Assembly (NCBI GenBank): GCA_900617105.1
Contig: UYFQ01000312.1
Location: forward strand, 1 to 64,000
Direction: 5' to 3'
DNA from: Hydrurus foetidus
Lineage: Eukaryota
Length of the DNA stretch: 64,000 nucleotides
This document shows, piece by piece, positions 19,762 through 34,957 of the stretch. Below the pieces are notes generated by a model, which was not told the DNA's origin, did not search any database, and worked only from the letters and a program-made list of their open reading frames with translations. The position numbers were made by a program, and so were the translations under genes. The first letter of the stretch is position 1; each line of letters starts with the position of its first letter.

Positions 19762-20062
19762 GAGAGAGGACTAGAAAGGATACTGAAGTGATTGACACGT
19801 GTAGATCGATCGAATTGTTTTCTATAAAAATAAAAAAGAAGATCACAACCACGTTGTTTTCAAAATCATCCCTCAGGGGACGAGTTCCAGGTTCTTCCCG
19901 TGTGTGTTTCGTGTGTGATGTGTGTGTCTGTCATGCATACGTGACGAAAACTCTCTCTCTCGCTCGGAGTCGAGGCAGTCGACCGAGTTTCCCAGCCTTC
20001 TTTACAGGGAAGCAAAATACTTTCCTGGCTGAGGAATTGCGGAAAGGTGTAAGGCTGCCGTC

Positions 20063-23000
20063 ATGCTGACGCGCTTCTTGAATCCGGTCCTGAGAAGGAC
20101 CAAAACTCTCTTTCCAAAGATATCAATTAATAACGTCAAATATTCCAGTAGCGACTCCACAATTGATAGGGAGTTACAGGACTCGTACGATGGAATGATG
20201 CCTCGCATTCGGGCTATTTGGGTAAGATGCACATCATGAGCAAATCAAAGCTGTTGAGTCCCAGACACTGTCCTCTTACATCAATTATTCCACCTAACTG
20301 GCATCGACAGGGTCTTCGAGGAGACATAGATCAGGTTACAAGAATAATGAATGACGGAATCGTCGCACCTGGTGCTACCGTCTCAGCCATGGTTATATAC
20401 GCAGGTTCCTAGCAACATCTGCATATGTGTCTAAATCAACGAGCATAATTTTGAAACGCATGATAACCCGAAATGCGTGTGGATTTGAGCTAACGTGGTA
20501 GCATGTAGATTAATAATGCACTCAACTTTCGATTGCATTCGACCTCGAGAAGTAACACTGAATTAAAGATCTGCCCTTCTTCACAGACTTGCAGAACCCA
20601 CTTCTGAAAAAGTACAATTTTAGCGCGAGAGATTTTATACTTGGTTCGAAGGAAGCTTTCGCACAAGTACATCTAGCGATAGCCTCGTTGTCATTCTCAA
20701 ATTTTGTCAACGGGTACGGTAGAGTAGTGGAAGCATTTGCATGATTCCTTTCTTATTATGTGTGTAATCTGTATTAAATGCTGAAGAAAGCATGACAAGT
20801 ACTCAACCAATTCTGTAGCCAAACCTGTGTAACCTATGAAAACGCAATCATAAGCTATTGAGATAGCCTTCAACATATTCACATTCACTCTCCACATTAC
20901 AGCATACAATATTTGCGTGAAATACTGATAGTTCCTAACTTCATTCCTAACTTCTCCGAAGTATATCGACTGACGCCACAACAGCTGATTTGCTCCGGTC
21001 AGCACTGCACCCAAGACTATATGAGGCCTGCGTGTAAGTGATATGTTCGTTTGAGTGTTGTGATGTGATGTGATGTGATGCGATGTGTTGTGTTTTATTG
21101 CTTTGTGTGTTATTGTGTTGTGTTGTGTTGCGATGTGATGTGATGTGATGTGTTGTGTTTTTTGTACGGCATTGTAATATGTTGAATTGCATTGGAAAGG
21201 TAGTGATGGTGACATTGCAGTAATGTCTTCGTATCTACAAGACTAAGGTCTAGTCTGTCTGCCACCTCACCTCGTTAGAGTAGAGTAGAGTCTTGACTCC
21301 TCAGAACGCTAATATGTTCACGAGAGAGAGAAAGAGAAACATGTGTAAGTTGTGTTGGGGATGTGTTACCCCATTTGCATTCGAACTACTTCCATAAATG
21401 CTTCGTCATAGGATCTCTCTTATCAATGTTCTCTTCACCATTTGTTATTACTTATTGCTTACTAGGACAACTGACCACTCATCCGAACAACGCTGCCACA
21501 CTTCCTTGTTTCTTCACTCTCTCCCAATATTCTTTACCTGCATCATTTCCCTCTCTTTTATTCCTTTTCCTCTTCCTTCTCCTTCTCTTTCTCGTACTCC
21601 TTCCCCCTCATTTTCTCCTTCTCTTTTTTCTCCTATTTCTCATACACTGCTATTCTTACCAGCCATTATAATTCTGCTTTTTCTTCATGACTTATTTCAG
21701 CTCAGCAGGTAAAGAGTTGAAAACAAAGGGAGTCTCAACTCACATGACGAACATCAACGTGACAAGTTCTTCAATGCAGAGGATTTGCACGGAGGTCAGA
21801 TTAGTCTGATTGATTGTAACCGATTAAGCGTCACCCTCATATACTGACACAGACATGGTCAACTCGATTGTGACTGAATGAATACTTCTCTCATTAAGTG
21901 ACAAATATTCGCTGCCCAACTAACGAAGCAGTAGAATCAGTGGCCGAGTATCGCATTCGCTGACTGCAATGGACGCATGCTGCCATGTATACTGTCCTAT
22001 TCATCAACGAATCATCGCACTAATTATTGCACTGACTGATTGGGCAATATTCTTACAGATTATCTTGTTGACTGACATGCATGAGAGCACTGCATTCTTC
22101 TCATCAGTCATATCGACTGCCAGTCCATTGCAGCTCTTCTTCTCCTCTCCTCTCCCCGCACCTTACCTCCCTCCCTTCCCTCCCTTTTCTTCCATGTACC
22201 TACCCTTCTATCCCTTCCCTTCCGTCATTTTTTCTACCCAATCCTTTGTTTTGAAGATTGCTGAGAACACTCCAAGTAACATCATGTACGAAAGTAATTC
22301 AAGAGCTGTCGCTGCAGAACTGTCAAAACTTCAAAATGACATATTTAGTGAGAAGAAAAAAGTCGAGAATACTGATTCTACTGCTAGTAGTGATAATACA
22401 TCTCCGAAAAGCGAGAGTCAATCTAGCAGTAGTGCAGCTGACGATAGCACCAATGTTGAAGACGGTGTTGGAGGAGTGCTCCTAGAAAGATTCATCTATC
22501 CTCTAGGCAGCGTAGTTGCGACTGTCGACATGGAGTTCGTAGCAGAAGAGGATTACGATACTACTCTGCCAGGTAAGCTTTACAATGCCCTTCATGAAAA
22601 AACGTTTCCCTTTATTTTTGTCCGTGTGCATCTATATGTTTGGTCTGTCTGTCAACATGTCTGTGAGACTGTCTGCTAGTGCATTTTTCTGTGTGCCTCA
22701 TTACCTGTCCATCTATCTACTCATTTATCTGCGCGTGAGTGTGCCGTGCCGTCCAATGCCTCAATGCGAATTTGTCTAGCGCACAGTGCACGTACTGCTT
22801 CCAGAAAAGCTTCCTATCCACCCACATCGCAACCTACACATGATCTCACATTGCTGTCTCCGCACATTAGTATGCACACAAATCAAGTGGATCGAACCTT
22901 CGAACACATGAAAGATTGTCACACTATTGAACCTCTGCTTGTCCTGTCTAACACCGTGCATGCGTACTACAAGTATCCCCCTCTCAGCTGCAGCCTTTTT

Positions 23001-23756
23001 TTGTAATTTGTTTGCTCACTATTTCCTTCTTTCAGACATCATCTTTTTCTTCTGCTTGATCTGCGTTTTCCCCACTACCTTTTGTAATTTCTACTGCACT
23101 CGCGAATATCTCCTAACTCTTTCAGATTCCTCAGTTTTTCCCTCTATATTTACCCCCTTATCTCTCTTACAATCTTTCCTTTCCTTCCCTCGTGCAATCA
23201 CTGTGACGCCTCCATGATGCATCCTCTGACATACTATCTTCATCTTCAACACTCCACCTTCATCCCCTCTTCTCTTCCATCGAATTTAACTCCTATCAGA
23301 ACATTCCCACATTACTTATGAAGTCTCTTGACCTTCTACCTTCACCACTTACAGATGGTTCACAGAGCAAATCAAAACGCACTTCAACTTCAAGTTGGAC
23401 TTTCGTAGGATGCATTTCTGGTGAGCAACCGATTCTTGAAATCACTCTTGTACATACTTACGCACATAGAAACGTCACTGAGAATCGTGACAGTGGCCAG
23501 CTTTGAAATATGTTGATGTAGCAAAAGGCTCCATCGGTGCATTATTATTTTCTTGGATGCATTTGAAGCGACTGATTACTTGTCTGGTAGCTTCAACGTA
23601 GCGTTACATTTCACTGTATCAGGAACTCAATACGTTATATCTACCGCCTCCTTACAGTTTGTCTGAATCTGTGTCCTATCTCCATCTCTGCTGTATTCCA
23701 TTACGACAGGTCAAGACGAGTTAGACTGGAAGATCTCTTCTTTTGACGGTTACTAG
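20063..23756 (+). CDS. Spliced host gene, probable mitochondrial Tim44-like domain protein
   Basis: GT-AG exons join in phase where checked: MLTRFLNPVLRRTK (transit-peptide-like), FSARDFILGSKEAFAQVHLA, VATVDMEF, SSWTFVGCISG, QDELDWKISSFDGY*. Family call is from the motif pattern only. Confidence 0.55.
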
Positions 23757-25030
23757 TCCCCAAGGGCGGGACAGAGATCGAGTACGCACGTTCAAAGAGA
23801 GTGAGTGACATGCACAGACGCACCCGTACACACGTGACGTACGGTACTTCATGCACTCTTAAATCCACTCCATCTCTCAACACCCTTTACTCCAGAAGTA
23901 CATAACATCGACAGCACAGCCCTATTTGATACTGCTATATCTGTTGATACCTTGTTACTCAAACGTCCACTGTATAATATCTTGAAAGACATTCTCATTT
24001 CGTTCTGGTTTGTAATGTTAAAAATTTAATTGAGTCGCCATTGCTAAACTCATTCGATAACAAAACATTTGACGAACGACTAATTTTAGAGTGATATATT
24101 TTGATGAAAGGAAACCTACGTTTCTTGTGTCACACAGTTAAATAATACAAGTACTGGTGCGAGTGTGAACATGAAGAATAATAGGTAGTACCCATTAGAA
24201 ATTCTCACACTGCCATGCCACTTGCTCTGCTATTTTATTTGATTAAAAGGTAGAAAGTGTTCCAACTCTGCGTCCTAACTTTCCACTACGTGACAGCGAA
24301 GTTAACATAATTATCATGTCAAGGAAATATCTGTGAACTACTTATCCTGTGTGTATTTATATGTATGCTTCAATTCAGGTAGAGGAAAAGCAATTTCTTC
24401 TTTTTTTTCTACTAAAAATAGGCAGATTACACGTAACTAATAAACTAAAAATGCGACTTAGACGATACGAAGTCCAATATATGTAGCAAATCAATCCTAG
24501 TCTACTCTAATTTCTGTATTTTACTACATCTTATCTTTTGCAGTTATGTCGAGACATACACCTCCTACTGCAGCCACGTGCAGACATCATGACAGATTAA
24601 CTTATTTTCACAAAAAGTTACTCATAGCGTTGAAATCATTCAATAACAGATTTCTTCTTCTCTCCTTGTTCTACAATCCCTCCTACCCTTCACGCCCTTT
24701 TTATCCTTATTTAATTCTTCCTCTTCCGACTATGATATTTACTTTCTGTCAATCAAATACGTTCCGTATGCATGATGAGTATTGCGTACAATGTGTACGT
24801 GATTTCGATCTGTTGCTGATCTACCGTAACTTCCTTCATAATTCTGCTAATTAAAGCCGCATGTTGTCTACTAAATTTTCTCTCTATCATCCCAGTTTCT
24901 CCAACTTGTCGGAGCTTACATATCTATTTGATGTATTCCTTCGCTCTGCATCTTACACAGCACTGCGCTACATCATACGGTTCTGAACTATATTCCGTAT
25001 TTTGAACAGAACTCCAGCTACTTCACCATT

Positions 25031-26716
25031 TTACCATTTTAGAACTTTCCCGTGAGATCCGACATAATTATCCTGGGATTTATCGTAACTCCCGTAGCTC
25101 CCGTAACTTGTCACTCTAGTGACCTCATCGTCTTCAGGACCCCTTTGCTGTGACGCGTTCCTCCACACGACATTGTAACTTTCTCCACTGTCACGAGAGG
25201 GAAAAGGTTCATTACCTGCATATGCAAGCATTCCTAACCCTTTTAGGTATTTTCGTCCCTTAACTATTCCGACGCTATCCCGGCTGATCCCTTCTGCGCA
25301 TCGCATGAGTATGTCATGCCTCATTTTTGAAAAATTGGATAAATATCTCGTAGCCTGATAAGATTCGTTTTCGTCAAATCTGCACGACTTTCCAAAATAT
25401 TTCGACACTTCTGCAAAATTTCCTAAGAATAATGATGCGAGAATGCACTCCAATTTGATAGGAATGTATGCACTGCCGAGCTTTGATGCAATGCACTCTG
25501 CAACGAAATGTCCCCTTTCTTCGTCACTGAAATCTGGGACACGTTCATGCATAGCACCGTAATAGGAAATCCGATCCAATGTCTCTACAGTGATAAATCT
25601 CCTCGTAATCTCTGGTCGGCACCAGTCCTTGTTAGACTCCAGCTTTGGCAGATAATTCGAAGTTGCGAGGAGTGTTTGGCTGAGTGTTACTTTCTCACCG
25701 TTTAAGCCGTGTACCGGTCCCCCACCGGTTAATTCCTTTAAATTCTTCGTGTTGATTCCCACAGAGGCGTCAAAATCCAATCGACCAGTGATGCATATTC
25801 TTGATGACTCACACACGGCCACATCGGAATAAGTCAGATTCCTAGACCCCACTATCAAGTCAGGATCTATCACCGCTGTTCGGTTTTCAAATACCGAACT
25901 AATTATGTTTAATGCGGTGGTTTTACCACTCATGCTAGGGCCAGTAATTATGACCACATAGTCCTGTGACTTAGGTTCAATAATGCAGTTGCCCAAAAGC
26001 CATTTGATCGTTGATAGCGATTCCCCAAATGTTCGTCTCAACCAAACATCGATCTTGCCCATTCCACCATTTACACGAAGTTTGGAAATTTCCTGGGGAT
26101 GGTAGGGACACATCATTCCCAGAATTGATACAGATTCATCGCAATTTTTGTCATTCTCATCAGAATCAAATAAATTGCATCTGATTAACTCGTAGAATGT
26201 GCCTTGGTCCACGACGTCATATCTGTTTCTGAAGCACACTGTGGTACCGAAAGAACACTTCGTAAGATTTAGCTCCTTCAAGTACTTCCTGGCTGGACGA
26301 GTGCTCATTTCATAGTTTACTGACGATACGAGGCCCAACATGATACTGAGATAATTCATCGCTGTGTTAGACTCAAGCCAGTTCCACCCGCCGATTTCGG
26401 CGCAGAAAATAGCAACTCTGTCCCCGACCCTGACGATACAATTCTTGCTCACCAAGTTATCTCCGAGTTGTTTCAGAGCATCAGAGATGTCTTTTTTGGC
26501 ATCATCACTCATGTTGTTTTCCGCGGCCAAGAGTCTCATCGATTTTGTGTACCTCGAGTGACGGTCAGAATTGGACTTGGAGATATGATTTTCCGGCATC
26601 TTGAGGCAGAAAGTAGGTCTGTGATGAAGTGTTTGTCCGCTGCCCTGAGAGTGAGGTGATCTTAGTGAAATCTTCCAAGATTCAATGATGACAATCAAGA
26701 ACATACGACAGTACAC
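25031..26716 (-). CDS. Intronless D5-like superfamily 3 helicase (true start probably downstream, e.g. MPENHISK)
   Basis: Walker A ITGPSMSGKT, LKELTGG, motif C LATSNYLP, arginine finger ITRRFITV; Walker B atypical (ICITGRLD). Confidence 0.8.
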   Translation of the reverse strand: MYCRMFLIVIIESWKISLRSPHSQGSGQTLHHRPTFCLKMPENHISKSNSDRHSRYTKSMRLLAAENNMSDDAKKDISDALKQLGDNLVSKNCIVRVGDRVAIFCAEIGGWNWLESNTAMNYLSIMLGLVSSVNYEMSTRPARKYLKELNLTKCSFGTTVCFRNRYDVVDQGTFYELIRCNLFDSDENDKNCDESVSILGMMCPYHPQEISKLRVNGGMGKIDVWLRRTFGESLSTIKWLLGNCIIEPKSQDYVVIITGPSMSGKTTALNIISSVFENRTAVIDPDLIVGSRNLTYSDVAVCESSRICITGRLDFDASVGINTKNLKELTGGGPVHGLNGEKVTLSQTLLATSNYLPKLESNKDWCRPEITRRFITVETLDRISYYGAMHERVPDFSDEERGHFVAECIASKLGSAYIPIKLECILASLFLGNFAEVSKYFGKSCRFDENESYQATRYLSNFSKMRHDILMRCAEGISRDSVGIVKGRKYLKGLGMLAYAGNEPFPSRDSGESYNVVWRNASQQRGPEDDEVTRVTSYGSYGSYDKSQDNYVGSHGKVLKW

Positions 26717-27127
26717 CGCACCACGACTGTGATGTGTGACGCCAGCAGTATAGGGTGCGTTCGGTAAACTTAGAAAATTAAAAGTGACGCCGGGAACTTG
26801 TGCACTTGCGGATTGGGTTCTATTCCGCTCTCAGAGGTGTGTCCCTTTAGGGGGAGTCGTCCCAAGTGCGACCTCTCGCCGTTTACTTCTGCGCTCTCCG
26901 CTACACCCTAGATGCTCGAGTCGAGTAAAGCGCGATGGAAATAGAAGCGATGTTATCTTACATAATGGCTGCGCCTGCGCGCCTGGGCTCACCCGTCCGC
27001 CCTCCCCTGCTGTTCTCACTTTTGAACCAACCTCGGGTACTGGGGGCGGACCTTGGGTCAGAATTCCCTTCACCCAATATCCTACCAAGGCTCTGGCCCG
27101 GTTTGGTCTCCCCAAGGGGACAACTCC

Positions 27128-28300
27128 TTATTCCTCCACTCTCCTCGCCGGTGGTAGCAGTCTCCTCACGTCTTCAACAGTGGGCTTGTGCCCGCCGACC
27201 AAACTATTGGAAGCGAGTGGGCCGATCCCCGCGCCGTAATCGTAAGTGATGTTCATCACCTGAGAGTTCGGCGCATAATTGCCTCTATCCCTCCTGTCGT
27301 CCTCCGACGCCCCTAGCGAACGCATCTCAGTAATCGCCCCCTTACGCAAGGAGTGTGAGCTAAAGTAATTGGAGTCCAGTCCGTTCTCTTCACACTCCCT
27401 CTTGAGTGCTTCCCGTACGTCCCTTGACCGCAGCTTAACCTGCGTGTTGTCCCCGCATCGGAAACTGAACAGCTCGTCTTTCCCAGTGCTCCCGCTGTGC
27501 GCCATAAAAACCAGGAGATCATCGAGGAAACCGCTCTCCTCTACCGAACGGCGACCGACGATCTTCGGCTTGACCACCTTCTTCCCCTTAGTGGACACCG
27601 CGGTTGCCCGGCATTCGATAATGTTGAGGCTACCGACTACGCCACCCGCGGTCCTGACACCGGTTAGCTGACTACCGCAAAGGGTCCTGGTCCCGGTGGG
27701 AGACTCATCGATGAAGACTAAGTCATCCACACGGATACAGTGATCGACTCCTCTGGGCTCAGGGGCAGTGTACTCCGACACTCGGGCCCCCATCTCAAAA
27801 GCCCACATACAGCCGAGATAGGTCATCCGGTCCCGCATGTCCGCGCCTGTCCACTTGCGCCCGGTCCACATCCTGGCCTTCATGCCGACCAACATGCTCT
27901 CGCAGATCGGGAGTTTGACACTGGTCACCGCACCGCTGTCCTTCCTCTCCCGGAGCTCCTCGGGCTTGGGCTGGCATGCCGCCCTCGCTGTCGCGATCAC
28001 GGGCGAGTTCAGGAAATTGGTCGAAACTCCCTGCTGCACAAAATGCATACGGATAGATGCCGTGAACGCAGTGGCCTGCTTGCCTCGCAAGCCCTGCTCG
28101 TGCCTCCTCAGCATCATGATTCCAACGAGGGACGCCTTCTCTTCTTCCCCTGCGCTCCCCACGAAGGGATCGTCCTCATTCACCTCGCTCTTCAAAAAAG
28201 AAATCCAGTGCTCCCAATACTTATCGTACACTCGGCTGGTGTTCGGTAACACCGACCTCCCGATGAACCGGGACAGCTCCTGCCGGCTCTGCGCTGACAC
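27128..28300 (-). CDS. Tyrosine recombinase of DIRS/Ngaro type (second, oppositely oriented element; 5'-truncated)
   Basis: GARVSEY (R), STK (K), HSLRKG (HxxR), terminal ITYDY (Y); GC-rich. Confidence 0.88.
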   Translation of the reverse strand: MSAQSRQELSRFIGRSVLPNTSRVYDKYWEHWISFLKSEVNEDDPFVGSAGEEEKASLVGIMMLRRHEQGLRGKQATAFTASIRMHFVQQGVSTNFLNSPVIATARAACQPKPEELRERKDSGAVTSVKLPICESMLVGMKARMWTGRKWTGADMRDRMTYLGCMWAFEMGARVSEYTAPEPRGVDHCIRVDDLVFIDESPTGTRTLCGSQLTGVRTAGGVVGSLNIIECRATAVSTKGKKVVKPKIVGRRSVEESGFLDDLLVFMAHSGSTGKDELFSFRCGDNTQVKLRSRDVREALKRECEENGLDSNYFSSHSLRKGAITEMRSLGASEDDRRDRGNYAPNSQVMNITYDYGAGIGPLASNSLVGGHKPTVEDVRRLLPPARRVEE

Positions 28301-28679
28301 TATCCCTCCGACTCCTGTTAGGGCAACATTGAGACGACGACTTGGTTACAAGAACTAGCTGCACTAGGAAGATCGACAATTGAGCAAGTGGAGGAGTGTG
28401 GTAGACGAGTATGGGCTGAGCAGGGTCTGTTGGCGCTCCTTAACATTTTTCCACACAGGAAGGACATCACTCAGTGCGCGGGGTCGCGGTGGGGGCCATT
28501 GCAGGGCGGGATCGATGACACCCCTGATGCACGTCGCTCGCCGCTGCCCGCGTTGAAGGGGCCAATGCATAGCGGGTCCGATGATACTCCTCGTGCACCG
28601 CGCCCACCGCTGCCAACGGCAGGTGTCACTGCATGGCGACGCCTACTACCCTCCTTGCCCGAGGCGCTCACTGAGCTTA

Positions 28680-29038
28680 AATGCGGAAGAAGGTCGAAGA
28701 AAGAGCTCACTGCGAGGATGATAAGGGACCAGATAAAGGAGACGTGCGCACTGGAGAACCTACCAGCTGAGCATTTCTCAAGTCACTCATTGCGCAAGGC
28801 CGCTACGACTCACATGCGGGCGCTTGGAGCATCGGAGGAGGATATGAGAGATAGAGGAGGGTATGCATCCGGATCGAGGGTGATGACATACACCTATGAC
28901 TACTCGTCCGCGGGCCATGGGCCACTCTCCTCGAATGCACTAAACGGAGGTGCCCGCCCTGATGTTCAAGACATCCTACCACCAGCAAGGAACACGGACA
29001 GGGCTCACCTTGGACTGTTGGGTGAAGGTGATCGCTAA
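28680..29038 (+). pseudogene. C-terminal fragment of a related tyrosine recombinase
   Basis: HFSSHSLRKAATTHMRALGASEEDMRDRGGY...YDY, clearly paralogous to 27128-28300. Confidence 0.85.
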
Positions 29039-30400
29039 CCTAGACCAGAACCCAGACCCACCGGTTGGCTGAGTAAGATCGAGCCGGCGGTGTTGGAGTC
29101 TTGGGGGAGGCGCCTGGGCACACTAGTGCACCCTAAGTAGGGCAATTCAACGGTAACTAATGCAACTGCCCCACATGAAATAGTAAGTACGTACGTTCCA
29201 CTTTGTATCGACGGCCTTTTAGAGGCGCACGGACATCTTCAGTGACGTACAGACATCGCAACTGAGCATGAACGTACGTACGGACAGGGTGTGAGATCGT
29301 ACGTACGTACGTTCAAATGTGAGAATGTGAACGTACGATCCGTACGAAACGAAGATTGTGGATCCGGGTATGTACGTTCTAGACCGTACATACCCATATG
29401 CGAACCAGAGGGTCGAGACCGTGTAGAGAAAGAGAATTAAGTGACGCCGGGAACTTGTGCACTTGCGGATTGGGTTCTCTGGATCGAAGTCGGATCGGAA
29501 CCGGTGCGAGCCGCTCCTTTTCAGATCCAAAGTACAAAAGGCTTGTATACGAAATTCCTTGCGAAATTTTGAGAGGTAGAGTACAGGACAGAACACAGAG
29601 CGGATGTAGATGTAGAACACAATACAACACCTGTTTTCAGTTTTGTGTGCGCACGCATACTATACGGTTCTGTACACATCCCACTGAGTGTTTGTGGCAA
29701 ACTGTTCAGTTTGTTGCAACTTGTGGTGCAAGTCTTCGGTGTATATACTTAGTGTATTTAGGTTGAATATCATACAGTCTTAACACGTTTTCTTACTGAA
29801 TCTTTCAAGTTAAAGAGATTTTTCACCCCGTAGCCAGCCATACCTATCATTTTGTTTTGTTGTTGTTTTTTGTTATTTTGTCTTGCCCGACCACTACTGT
29901 GCCCGGGAGGGTCGAAGGTGATCGCTAACCTAGACCAGAACCCAGACCCACCGGTTGGCTGAGTAAGATCGAGCCGGCGGTGTTGGAGTCTTGGGGGAGG
30001 CGCCTGGGCACACTAGTGCACCCTAAGTAGGGCAATGCAACGGTAACTAATGCAACTGCCCCACATGAAATAGTAAGTACGTACGTTCCACTTTGTATCG
30101 ACGGCCTTTTAGAGGCGCACGGACATCTTCAGTGACGTACAGACATCGCAACTGAGCATGAACGTACGTACGGACAGGGTGTGAGATCGTACGTACGTAC
30201 GTTCAAATGTGAGAATGTGAACGTACGATCCGTACGAAACGAAGATTGTGGATCCGGGTATGTACTTTCTTGACCGTACATATCCATATGCGAACCAAAG
30301 GGTCGAGACCGTGTAGAGAAAGAGAACCTGTATTTCCGACGATTTTTGGCTAAAATCCTTCATTTCCGACGATTGAAGTTTATTTACTGAAATGAGCGTT

Positions 30401-30945
30401 CCCAGTGCTGCCAACAATGTGGTGGGATCGGAAATGTGGTGGGTTCTCTCAAAATGCCCCATTTTGAACCCCCATAAATATATTTCTCAAAAACTGAATA
30501 TTTTGTTTGAGTAATAAGAGATAAAACGTTTTAAGAGACAATGTACAGTGTTTTCCCCGAAGAATGACGTAAATTCACGGTTCTGAATCCATGAAAACAC
30601 TGTAAATTGTCTCTTAAAACGTTTTATCTCTTGAATCGTTCCGTTTTACGTTAAATCCTCAGATGTCCCCACTAATTTGACCATTTCTGACACGATAAGA
30701 TATCTAACTTACCTTGAAAATGCAGCCAGAATCAAGTTAAAAACCAGCGATATATTTCCTAAGGGAATATCTGCATTTCAAAATTTGTTTCAAATAAATT
30801 TGATTTTGGAAATGGAATCACAGCTATCTAATTACTCAAACAAAATATTCAGTTTTTGAGAAACGTATTTATGGGGGTTCAAAATGGGGCATTTTGAGAG
30901 AACCCACCACATTTCCGATCCCACCATATTGTTGGGAGCACTGGG
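30401..30945. mobile_element. MITE with ~115-bp TIRs starting CCCAG, 2-bp TT TSD (EnSpm/CACTA-like)
   Basis: 30401-30515 vs 30831-30945 inverted with few mismatches; excision restores GCGTTCGGTAAA, a subterminal copy of the host element's TIR motif. Confidence 0.85.
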
Positions 30946-31572
30946 TTCGGTAAATTTGTTGCAGCGTGAGAAATCACGGAAAGTTGTGGTTTGAAACGAT
31001 TCATGTTTTAGGTGAATCCTGAAACCTGCAAGTTTTGAGATGAAGCTTTTAGGCCCCCCAAAAAATTTGTGCGGTGGTTTGTCCGTTGTCCGACTTTTGA
31101 CCCCTCAAAAATTTCGGACCCCCCAAATTTCTGGTGTGTGTTCGGTAAACCGTTTCCAGAGGAAATCACAGTTTTCAGAAGTTGAAATCGCACCGTCATA
31201 CTCAACTTTGAAAAAAATGAAGGTTTTGCCACGAATTTTACCGAACGCACCCATAGTCTGCTGTACATTCAACATTCGATTCAGTACCGTCGAGTACCCT
31301 TTGTTTTATTTTCCATAACCGTGTACTCTGGACATAAGCATTATATCTGTCCAATTATCCTCACAACTCATTCATGCATCAGTTGCACTCACATTACAAC
31401 AGCACAACCAATATTCCACCTGTCATCATATCGAGCACTGAGAATTGTGACTGTTGCTCTGGGTTACTTGGCGTTATCGTGGCGGCACTTTCACACTTTT
31501 TAAAAGTCCGGGTAAACTCAAATTACGGTCTGGTCCGAATCCCGCATCTGAAGGCGGGTTGTGAGAACGTGA

Positions 31573-34563
<2,991 letters not shown>

Positions 34564-34957
34564 TTGATTTGATTTGAGCTGAGTTGATTTGATTTGACTT
34601 GATTTGATCTAATTTGATTGGAATTCAAATAAACCTATTTGCGAATCGATTTTTTTTGCGAAACCAATTTTTTTCTTTGGTCCATCATCTATTATGTCCA
34701 ATAAAAAAAATCTAAATCTTATTTCAAATGAATTTTTGTTTTCCAATCAGCCTTTCTAAGTGCAGTATTGAAACACTTGTAGGCAGAGTTCATAAAAGTT
34801 AAAATTTGTGCAGTCATTAGTTGACATTTGATCAGTCATGTAAAATTGTTCGATACAACTTTACCATATGAATACCGTAGGTACTGTCCGCTGTCTGTAC
34901 TGCACTCGTACTCTGTACGTGCTAAACAGTAAACAACAGTTTACAGTAGTTCATAAT

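Larger units (their letters stand above)
26782..30326 (+). mobile_element. Ngaro/PAT-like tyrosine-recombinase retroelement relic with split direct repeats
   Basis: A1 remnant 26782-26821 equals 29439-29478; B1 29024-29436 and B2 29914-30326 (413 bp, about 5 mismatches); YR C-terminus just before B1. Confidence 0.75.
26753..31252. mobile_element. PIF/Harbinger (Tourist)-like non-autonomous element hosting nested insertions
   Basis: 16-bp TIR GGGTGCGTTCGGTAAA (26753-26768; reverse complement 31237-31252) and 3-bp TSD ATA. Confidence 0.8.

Noticed and set aside
25031..28300. Single helicase + tyrosine recombinase element
   Set aside because: The YR lies inside a separately bounded TIR/TSD insertion that starts at 26753, so the adjacency appears secondary.
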